The notes below the pieces were generated by a model that was not told where the DNA came from, ran no database searches, and saw only the letters and a list, made by a program, of their open reading frames with translations. A stretch of 61,282 bases of DNA, counting the filler, from Bipalium vagum (lineage: Eukaryota), in the NCBI GenBank assembly GCA_037834085.1. It is 3 parts of 3 records of this genome, joined end to end, with 100 filler letters (N's around TTAATTAATTAA, not from the genome) between each part and the next. Parts side by side here need not be neighbours in the genome. Positions count along the whole stretch, not along the records: positions 39,740 to 61,282 come from JBBMKC010235814.1; 2 more parts are not named here. One strand, given 5' to 3'. Both the position numbers and the translations under genes were made by a program. Below are positions 39,640 through 50,157 of this stretch, in pieces (positions within the stretch are counted from its first letter, which is position 1; each line of letters begins with the position of its first letter).

Positions 39640-39739
39640 NNNNNNNNNNNNNNNNNNNNNNNNNNNNNNNNNNNNNNNNNNNNTTAATTAATTAANNNNN
39701 NNNNNNNNNNNNNNNNNNNNNNNNNNNNNNNNNNNNNNN
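39640..39739. other. Assembly gap with artificial TTAATTAATTAA spacer
   Basis: N44-TTAATTAATTAA-N44; true size and contents unknown. Confidence 0.95.
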
Positions 39740-39750
39740 TTCAAATAAAT

Positions 39751-39822
39751 TGGAGACACCGGGATTCGAACCCGGGACCTTTCACATGCGCATGGACTGC
39801 TCTACCGCTGAGCTACATCCCC
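39751..39822 (-). tRNA. tRNA-Ala(CGC)-derived gene with aberrant anticodon arm (probable pseudogene or SINE head)
   Basis: GGGGATGTAGCTCAGCGGTAGAGC-AGTCCATGCGCATGTGAAA-GGTCCCGGGTTCGAATCCCGGTGTCTCCA: intact A and B boxes and G3:U70, but 3 of 5 anticodon-stem pairs are broken and position 33 is G. Confidence 0.85.
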
Positions 39823-39825
39823 CGA

Positions 39826-40309
39826 CTAATTTTCAATATATCTCACAATCATTTTAGAGGATACTTCATCAATTGTTATTCGCCTGTTTTCACATAAGAT
39901 GTGATCAATTTCGGAAATTTTCTCTGGTGTTTCAGCTGAATTGGGTCTACCAGATTGGGGTGCATCGCTCAGATTTGTTAATCCGCTTTGGAACTTCATA
40001 TGCCATTCATATACATGTTGAAGTAATAAACAGGCATCCCCATACTTTGATAACATTCTGCGATGAATATTAGCAGGAGTTTCATCTTCAATGCCTCATA
40101 ATCAAATTTTTGCATGCATCTCTTCTTTGGTGCATTCAGTTAGAGATACCGCGATCATTTTAATGCGATTATTAAAAAAAATAAGAATATTAATCATAGG
40201 TATGAGTTTTTTTATTTATTGTTAATAATTTTACTTATAAAATAAAAAAATCTTTAAAAAAATTTGATTTTTTACAGGTAATTTAAGGTTACTTTTTGAC
40301 TGACCCTCT
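39826..40309 (-). mobile_element. Mariner 5' half (TIR plus HTH region), ending at the tRNA-like sequence
   Basis: YGDACL...VYEWH.KFQSG.TNLSDAPQSGRP...ENRRITIDEV; TIR-like AAGAGGGTCAGTCAAAAAGTAAC (rc) at about 40287-40309. Confidence 0.85.
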
Positions 40310-40402
40310 TATAAACATATAAAAAACAATAATAAATAAAGATCACTGTTATTATTATTATAAATTATAATAATTACTTTATTAATGTTTTGATTGAAAC
40401 AG

Positions 40403-43400
40403 AGATGGCCTGCGATTTCTGAAGCTAAGAAATTAAATGGCTTAACATCAGTTGCATCAGAAAGCATCTTTAGTAAAAGTTATCAATGCCCTGCAAGTTC
40501 TGAATCCGCTCGTGCCATTTTAAAATTTAAAAATCCAGTACCAAAAGAAACTCCAAAAGGATTGTGCATTCGACGAACACTGGATAACGGTGACGGGACG
40601 AAAACCAATCATTGCCAAACTATTCCCTGGTCCTATATCGTAAAAATCTATTTCAAAATGAACCAGGAACACAATGCAGATTATTTACGTAACTTTTGTG
40701 GCTTAACCAAAACTAAGGAAGAGCAAAAGAAAAAGAACGTTAAGAAACAGGACAAGAAAAGTTTTCTCTTAAATAAAGAGCAAAAGCAGAAAATAAAGGA
40801 TACTCTGAAAAAGATTGCCGGATCAAATTTTAACAACCCAGTTAAAAGGAAATATCTGACGAAAATAACAAATCTCCAATTACAAAATCGAGTTAACGTT
40901 TCAGATTACGCGGCAGGCATCAGTTGTGGAGCATGTGGAAGGAAAGGTAAACCGACTTCATTTATTGGTACTTTGCTATAAATGATCAACGGAATATTAT
41001 TATGTTACCAATAATACATTCTTTAATTATTATCATTATTATTTATGGAAATAATAAATGAAAAAAATTTCAGGTTTAACAAATTTATTTTAAAAATTTT
41101 ATTTTTCTATATTGATTTTTGAGGTTTTGAATTTTTTAATCATTGATTAAACTTTTTTCAAATAATATCGGATTTGAATTTGAAGTAACACAAAACAGAA
41201 ACATTGAACATTAAATACCTTTAAAATTGTTATGTTTTTAAATTTAAAATGTACTTAAATCAACAATAATTAATTTAATAATTAATCGATTGTTCAAGGT
41301 ATTTACATAAAAACTATCAATTAAATTGTTAGCTACCTTCACCATTTCTCTTAATACCTAATATTCAAACAAAGGATGGATTTTTGATTTTATCTAAAAA
41401 ATGTTTGCCTTATATAAACTTTAATAAAATTTCTAGTAATCAAAAAGTCTTGTCACTCTCAAACGTAAATCATAAGTTTTTGTTTTTATTATGTTATTTC
41501 TTAATATTTGCTAAATTTTCAAATGCTAAACAATAATAAAAAATGAAAATAAAAATTTAAAAATAAATTGGTAAAATAATAATAATATTAGGGTGTCCCA
41601 AAATTCGTGGTCACTTTTTGAAATTGTAATATTTAAAGATAAATTATTCAAATAGCCTAATAAATTAAACTTATTTACTTTTATTTGGAAAAGACATAAT
41701 GTGTACCAGAAATAAAATATATCGATCTAATTCATTTTTCTTAGTATTACAGAATAATATGAAAGTTGATAAAACTATACTGTTAGTATCCTTTTACTCC
41801 ATATTGGAAAAATGATTCAGTGTTAGATCTGCTGCAGTTGACATATGTGAAGTTGAATTAGAAAAATTCGTCAGTAAAAGGACAGCTATCAAATGGTTTA
41901 AAAGATTCAATACGGGCAATACGGATCTTAATGATGAGTCACTTGGAAGAACCTCAACAATTGATTCCCAAAAAATTATGTAACTTTGAAAATCCCTGTA
42001 CCAGTGTCAGAAGACTTTCACGTGAAGTTCAAATTCCGAAATCTTCAGTACACATCAAACTTCTGTTTCATATTTCGTAGCAAGAGAAATAGGAGATGCA
42101 AAGTTGTACCACATGATCTGACTCCCGAACAAGCGAAAAAACGTTAAAAAATATATGAAAAATTCCTTCTCTACAGAAATGATGAACGATTTCTAAAACC
42201 ATCGTTACTTGCTATGAGAAATGGATGTACTTCCGTAATCCAGACTTAGGAAATCAGTGGTTAAGCCCTAATAAGACTCCCATACTGGTTGCCAAGTGCT
42301 AACGATTTGAACAAGGTTTTTTTTTGCGTTTGGTGGAATTAGGAGAGTTTGTTCCAAATGGACGTACAATATCAGCCTAGTTTTATGTTGAGCAGCTGAA
42401 ACGTGTGTATGAAATCCTTGCGGCCAAATACTCAACTCTAATAAACAGGAAACGTGTTACAGCAGGAAAATACTCGTCCACATGTTGCTTGTCAAACCAA
42501 AAATAAAATAAGGTAACTAAAAGGGATTGAGATAATACCACATCCAGAATATAATCAGGACCTTGCATCTTAAGATTATTATCTCTTTCGTTCCATGGCT
42601 AATTACCTGTAGAGGACAAATTTTCAGAATTTTGAGGAAGTGAGAACCGGTATCACTGATTTTTTTGTATCAAAACACAGAGTGTTACAAAAAACACAAA
42701 AAAATGAATTGTATAAAAGAATTGTCTGGGAGATGGTTAAAAGCAATTAAACACTACGGATTATATTTTGCAGACTGATTCATGTTGTAAATGTCATAAT
42801 AAATACTTGATTTCATATTGTAGTGACCACGAACTCTGAAGACAGCCTCATAATAAATAAAAAATGTTAATAAAATATTAATAAAAGAGAAAATGTCTCT
42901 AAATTTAGTTTATTTCATTATATCTGATTTGTTAGAGGAATTAGTTAAATAATTGTTAAAGACAGCTGATAAAAAACGATTGATTAAAAGCAGAAAGTTG
43001 TTGTGGTGGGATAATGTTATTTTCAAAATTTCTCAATTATAGAATGTAATTTAAGAGATTTTTTGCAAAGACTATTTTTATTTAAATTTCTCCAAGTTTT
43101 TTCCATATGTCCAATGATAACTGGATAATTGAAATCGAAAGAAATGAGACTGTCATTGAGATGTTTTGATTTGACTAATTTTTGTGTTTTTAAAATATTT
43201 TTTTATCGATTGATTCAATTTTAAATTTTAAAATATTTTATTTTTTTGAAATTCCGATCAATAAATTCTCATTTAATATATTTCAGTGTTCTAGTTATAG
43301 ATAATATAAAAGTTTTAAAAATTATCGATTTTGTTAATTTAGATTCAAAGTTGCTTTAATTTTTAAATCAAATTTTATAATTTATTGATTTTGTTTAAAG

Positions 43401-46400
43401 TGCTCATAAAAAGTAAATTAATGTTTGTTTTTGTTTATATAAAGGTCATATAAAAACGAATAAGGGCTGTCCTTGTTATGGGAAAAATTTGAAAAAAAAT
43501 TTAACAAAGCGTTCCAAGCACCTTTCTTCAAAACCAAAAAAAGTTAAATCGACCACTACATATCAACCCCGAAAGTCAAAAAAAAATCCCAAACCGGAAA
43601 TTGAAGAAAAACAGTCTCCTAAGAATATTGATCCATTCTTTGTTGACTTGACTAACTCAACGGAGGACATTTCAATTGAAATGTTTGATATTAACATTCC
43701 TGTTGAACCAGAAATTAAAGAAACTCCAATCCCCACTAATATTGTTGAAGTACTTTTATCGATTTTTTCTCGAAAAACAACATTAGGAAATAATTTTAGC
43801 CGCCCAAAGAATCGATTGTGTCCATAGATTTCACCGATACATTAACTGATGATGTTATTCCTTTGAAACTTGTCATTCCAAAACAGAACACACACCCACA
43901 ATGTCCGAGCTCAATTCCTCAAACGCATTCCATCCCAGCCAGTTGTAACAGTACCAACCACAATAACAGTGATATGGGTAGCGGTAAAAAAGGAAAGGGT
44001 AAAAATGCCTATGTTACTGTGTGTAGAAGATTGACTGAACCGATCTCTTTTAAAGACAATTCAGGAAATCAGTCGAAGAAATCAACATTTTCGTCATCCT
44101 CCAATAAACGGGTCTCGGGAAAACCCGCTAAATCGAATTATTTAACCACCAGCTTATTGGCTTCCGCAAGTGCAAGACAAACAGAATATTTGCTCAAACA
44201 GAAAATGAAAAGTAACAGAAGAAGAATCGATCCGAAAATTGGACTCAATCACCAGTTTGAAGAAATCTACAAGGTGAATAATAATTATCGTTCGATAATT
44301 TTTTCCTTTCTTCCATGTTCAACAAAGACGTAATTAATTGTATGTGTTTCATTTTTAGGGTTTTATGAAAGTGCCAGGATATCGATGTTTCTTGCATCCG
44401 GTTCGTAAACGAGATTTTCCAGAATATTATGAAATCGTACAAAGTCCCATGAATCTGTCTACTATTAAAATGCGGATCAATGACAGTTTTTATGAAACGA
44501 GAGAGAGTTTCCTGCAGGATATAAAATTAATCTACGATAATTGCATTTTGTTTAATGGTGAGTGGCATTTCCTATTTATTTATTTTTTGATAAATTTAAT
44601 TAATAATATCTGTAAACAGAAATAATAAAATATACACCGTTTTCATCTCTACTTTGACATTGTAAAGGTCTATTTTGACAATGTAAAGTTCTTTTTTGAC
44701 TTTGTAAAGTTTAATTTGAGAATGGATTGATGAAGAATGTTCGATCTCTTTAACAAAAATTGCTGATAAATATTGGAAGAATTCAATTTAACGCTTTCAA
44801 AGACTACAATCAACAAAGTTATATGAATTTTAATTATATCTTGAAAAGGGTGCATAATATTCCAGAAAAAGGAAATAATGCATCCAATATACAATGCACA
44901 AGAATTTATTAAACTTCCTTCTCAGGTTTCTGAAAGTAACGTATTTTTTATTGACGAAGTTGACTTTAATGTAAGCATGAGAGCTAAGAGAGATCGATCT
45001 TTTAAAGAAAAAAACATTCAGGTTGTCCAATCTTTACAAGAAACATCTGATTGCTGTGCAATGAATATGGAATCTTAATTTTGTATTTTTGAATATATAG
45101 AAAATCTAATAGCTTTGCTTAATAAAATATTTATACGAAATAGGTTTTAATAAAGAACAATGTTCCTTTCCATTAAACTACAACAATAAGGAAATTCATA
45201 GAGGAAAACGGTTTCAGTTTATTATTTTTACTTCCATGCTCACCTTTTTAAAACCCTATTGAAAATTTATTTTCAAAACGAAAGGAATTTTTAGGAAGAT
45301 AGAGACCAGAAAATAAAGAATCTTTGATGGAACTTATAAATAATTGGTGAAGGCTTGTTACAAATGAAGATTGCTCCGGTTTTTATAGCAATATAGCTTC
45401 ATTTATTGTAAGATGTTTGAACAAGAAAATTATTTATGAATAAATTTATTTCTAATTGAATTTTTAACGTTATGAACATATATCTCTTGTAATTAACGTT
45501 TTGTCAAAATAGAATTTTACAATGTCAAAATTAAACTTTGCATTGTCAAAAATAACCTTAACGTTGTCAAAATTGAGGTGACAACAGTTTAATTAAACTA
45601 TAATAATAATAAATTTCTATACATTCAATTCTCTTTTTATGCAGTAGGCACGGACCAGAAAAAGTGGCACATAAAAATCGCATAAAAAATTTATATACAA
45701 AATGATAGATACGGACCACCGTCCTGGAAATTTTTATCTAATGGTCCCCCATTGGAATTTGAAAATATATTTTTTATTAAATATTATTTTTAGGGTCTCA
45801 ACTGTTTTTAAATAAGAAAAATGGCAATTAAACAAAAAAATGAAAATAAGGCACATTTATTTTTATTAATGCATAAGATAGTCAGTAATTAATGTCTATG
45901 ATAATTTGGATAAATTTTTATAGAGTTCTCGATAACCTGACATACAAAATTTCAGATCACTTGTAAATTTTAATGCACCCTCTGAATCGTTGTCATTTAA
46001 TAGAAAATGATTTTCCAATTTACTTGCAAGTTGAAGGCCTTCGCAAATTAAATTGGCACTAAGTGGGACTGATTTTTCTTTTGATTCATTGTCTTCAAAA
46101 TGATCTTCGATAGGATTTAATTCCAAACTTTCTAAAATTTCTTTCTCACATAAGGTTTCGTCCTCAAGCAATTCTTCAATATTGTTCTCGTCAAATTTAT
46201 CAAAGCCTTCATCACAAATTGCTTTGGCCAGTGAAATAATTTATGATATGGTTGTTATTTGATTTGGTACATCTTCATTAAATACGTATTCAGGCCAAAC
46301 TTCTTTCCAACATTCGTTTAATGTGTATGGTTTAATTTCAGCAATTGCTAATGAAACATGGTTTATACAGTGTAAAATATTAAAATCATTCCAAAAATCT

Positions 46401-48100
46401 GTAACTGTGATTGATTCAGTTTCTAGCTTATCGAAAATGTAATGAAAGGTTGACTTTAAATAATATTTTTTGAATGCCGAAATAATCCCCTGATCTAATG
46501 GTTGAATTAAGCTAGTTGTATTTTGAAGGTTAATAATAAATGAAGTTTAAATTAAATTAAACACTTACAATTATTTTTGAAAGAGCTTTTTAAAAACTAA
46601 AAACTTTTATTTAAACAAAGAAATTTAATAAAACCGTATACAATTATAATACAAAATATATAAACATTTTTAAAAACCGCATAAAAAAGAGTATAGTTTC
46701 ATTAAAAATAATAAACCGCATAACTTCAAAATAGCATAAAAAGAGAATTGAGTGTATTTTATTGATTGATATTATCAAAATGGATTATTATTATTTCATT
46801 TAATTTTTGTTGAATCAAAAATTGTTTTCTTATCATTTTTTTCAATTTCAATCTAATTTTTTAATTTAAACGTCTTTATTTTAATTGACTAACAAAGCCT
46901 AAATAATGAAAAATTTTTTCAAATCAGTTTAAACAATAATAGTGAAATTTATTCGAAAGTAGGTAAATTGATTTAAATTAACAAATGTGGTCTGTTTTCC
47001 TTTAAAAATTTAAAATCATCTAAAAAATAGGTGATGATCACGAGTATTCTATAATTGCCAAGCAACTGATGTCGTACTTGATGGAACAGTTTTGTGTCAA
47101 AGAACGCAAGTTGATGCGTCTCGAGCGATTAGTTAATCCTCTGATGGACGACGACGACATGGTTGGAATGAAATTCATATTGGAACAGGCTGTCGATTCG
47201 ATGGAAGAAGTGGAAAATGGAAAACAATATCGTCAAAAAATGTTGTTAGTTTCCAATGGCAACGACATATCTAAATCCATGGATGTCCCTACATTACGTA
47301 TCAATATTAAAGCAGACAAATATCGTTCCCGTGAAGATTTCTTAATCGACGCAAATTTACTGTTAACCAATAGCATTAAGACGTATGGTGAAACAAGCGA
47401 CGTTACAGAGACAGCTAGAAAAATGCTAGAAGCAGTCCATTTAAAATTCCAAGAAAATCAGGCAACATTGAATTCGTTGGAAACCAACTTGAAAGTTCAG
47501 TACGACGACGTGTCGGACAGCCAAATTGCCAATTCCGCGTGCCTCTCTATAGACCACTTGTCTCACAACGGTGACGATCACATATCGGGGAAAATCGATC
47601 AAGAAGATGATGTAGTGATATGTTTGGAGAACGATTCATTTAATCAGCCTCCGAACAAAATTCGACTCTTATCGTTATCAGCCAGTGAAGATGAGCCTGT
47701 TGTAATTTCCCCAGGTACCATCACAACAACAATATCATCAACAACAGCAATAACGATAACAGCGACACCAAGCACTGCACAACCAGCATCTTATATGCAA
47801 GCTAATCGGGAACGGGTTATGGCCGATTTACATTTGACCGATGATAGTGATGATGAAGATGAAGAAGAACGTGAAGTTGAATGTGAAAAATCCGCATTTG
47901 ATTCGCTCCAGTCACAGTGTAATGGATTCCAATTCAGTGCATTGCATCAAGACAAAGCTGTTTTCAACAATAACGGGCAACATCAGAATTCACCCGATCC
48001 CTCCACACATCTCCACCATCATCATGATCTTTTGGCTTTGGAAATCTGTAATCACAATAATCATAGTGAAGCCAATATTAATGAAGTAATTTTTTTGTAA
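40403..48100 (+). CDS. TAF1: TFIID subunit TAF1-like, C-terminal half (zinc knuckle + two bromodomains); 5 exons: 40403-40946, 43445-43749, 43800-44273, 44359-44557, 47031-48100 (863 codons, 5'-incomplete)
   Basis: All junctions are GT-AG and phase-consistent. Spliced CGACGRKG|HIKTNKGCP is the TAF1 Zn knuckle; RRRIDP; BD1 FLHPV..RDFPEYYEIVQSPMNL...DNCILFNG; TAF1-specific linker RLERLVNPLMDDDD; BD2 KYRSREDFL.D.NL...NS; acidic tail. Confidence 0.9.
41588..42850 (+). mobile_element. Near full-length decayed mariner in the first visible TAF1 intron
   Basis: TIRs TTAGGGTGTCCCAAAATTCGTGGTCACT / TGAGGCTGTCTTCAGAGTTCGTGGTCACT (rc); WFKRFNTG, VPHDLTPEQ, IVTCYEKWMY, HP...DLAS.DYYLFRSM. Confidence 0.9.
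44635..45589 (+). mobile_element. IS630/Tc1-like (DDE_3) element with repeat-containing TIRs, internally deleted, in TAF1 intron 4
   Basis: About 90-bp TIRs, each with ~4 TTTGAC-type units at ~21-bp spacing; FFIDEVDFNVSMR, NNVPFH, FLLPCSPF..P.ENLFSK. Confidence 0.85.
45622..46754 (-). mobile_element. Tigger (TIGD1-like) non-autonomous deletion derivative in TAF1 intron 4
   Basis: 21-bp TIRs CA(T/C)TCAATTCTCTTTTTATGC with TA TSDs; NTTSLIQPLDQGIISAFKKYY...DFWNDFNI...NECWKKVWPE. Confidence 0.92.
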
Positions 48101-50157
48101 TGTCTTCTTTTTCTCTATAATTAATTGTGTATCATGCATTTCCGGAATGATAAATTGAAAGAATCTTTATTTATCAGCTTGCATAAGATTAAAATAATTA
48201 TTTTTATACATTTAGGAATTATTTTGTTTTCACTGATATTTTTTATTAAAAAAATCGATTATTGATTTATATATATAGAAGATTTATTATATTTCAATAA
48301 TAATTTTTATTGATTTTTTTATTGTCATTATAAATCAATTTTATTTTTATTAATTTCATTTTATTTACCGAAATATAATTCTGTAATATTAATGATATTT
48401 TCTTTTCTTTTAGTTTCTATTATTTATTTGAGCAAAGAATACTTAATTAATTTTTTATTTTATTAAATAAAATAATCAATAATAAAACTCAGTAATATTA
48501 CAAAAAAGATTATCAATAAAATTAACAATAGTAATTATATATAAATAATAAAGATAATAATAATAATAATTTTTTATAAATAATAATAAATATTTCTAAT
48601 ATGATATAAGAAAATCCGTCAAACTCTTTAAATATTATTTATGTTATTGGTATTGTTAGCCGAATTTGAAAATATTATTTATTTAATTGTCAGGAACATT
48701 TTTAGAATTGATTAAATTAATTTTTTCATAAAACGTAAAAAGAAATCAATCTTGAAGTTGTCTGTTTCAGAGATTGAGAAATGAAAAGAAATCGTTTCTT
48801 TAAATTAATGTGACAGAACTTTTCAGTTCATCATTTATGTATTACCTAATTGATTTATTAATTTTCATTACATAAAGCTAATTTTTGCATTTAAAGATAA
48901 AACTCGATAATAAATAAATTATTTAATATTTATAAAAATGTAAGAAATGTCCTTTTGATCAGTTGAACCACAAAGCCTCCCGTTTTTTTTCAGCTCCTTT
49001 GACCTGGCACCTATTTTACAACTTCGGTGTCAACTCCATTGCACACTTAATTGCACCTCACATATTACTTTCAGCTGTCATCTTCACCAAATGTACAATA
49101 TCATATAAGTTAGTCGTGAACGTTGTGTTAAAATAGATAATTTATTAATTATTACCTTTATTATTGATTATAAACTTAGAGAAATTAGTGTTTTTTTGTT
49201 ATTTTCTACTGAAATAAAGTAATTTGTTGATTAATCAATATTGAATTTTTTATGAGATTGGGCAAATAGTATTGCATAATTATCAATTGGTCACTTAACG
49301 GCCAATTTGGTCATACTTAAATTAAATCCCCAAAGTTTTGGTTATAGAATACTTATTAAAATCAATTTTAAAATGTTATTCTTAGAAATCGATGTTCGCT
49401 TTCTGCTCGAGTCCTGTTTTTAATTTTTTCAAAAAATCTTCGATTGATTTCCAATAAATCTCTGTTTAAACTCAGATTAAGTTCCGATAACTTTATCAAA
49501 TTGTCAGTATTTATTCCATCTTTTGATAACTGAATGTTGGATCTGTGATATTTCAATTTATTCAAAAAAAATTCAATATTTTGCTTTTTTTGAAAGTATT
49601 TTGATTATGATTTTTTCCTTTACTTTTATATTTTTAAAATTGGTTATTGATTTCTTAAAAAATAATATTTGTGAAAATTTATATTTATTAAGACATTGAT
49701 ACTTGAAGTAATACAAAATATTGTGGAAAAAATCAATCTCGTGCTTACTTAAAATTATTTAGATTATGAATAATAATTTATTTATAAATTATCTTTTTCT
49801 TTATTGGATTATCGATTTTTTCAAAACTATTTATTTTCAATATTTTGAGTTTAATATGTATTGATTAAAAAATCAATATTTAAAATATTAATACTAAAAA
49901 ACAAAAGCTTTTTTCTCAATTTCTAATTAAATTTACTCAATAATGACTTTTCCATTTAATCATTAAATTTCCAATAATTGATTTCCTAAGCCTCCATAAG
50001 CTCAAAAAATATTGAATTTGTCTTTTTCCTGCCAATTATAATCAATCTATGGATAAATAAAAGAAAAAAGAACGCGTGTCGTGCACGATTGTTAATAGTA
50101 ATAATAATAATTATTATTACAATTGATTATGTGGAAATGAATTTCAGATGTCAGAAA

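Noticed and set aside
43750-43827. Apparent frameshift or programmed recoding in TAF1
   Set aside because: Explained by a 50-nt GT-AG intron that restores the frame.
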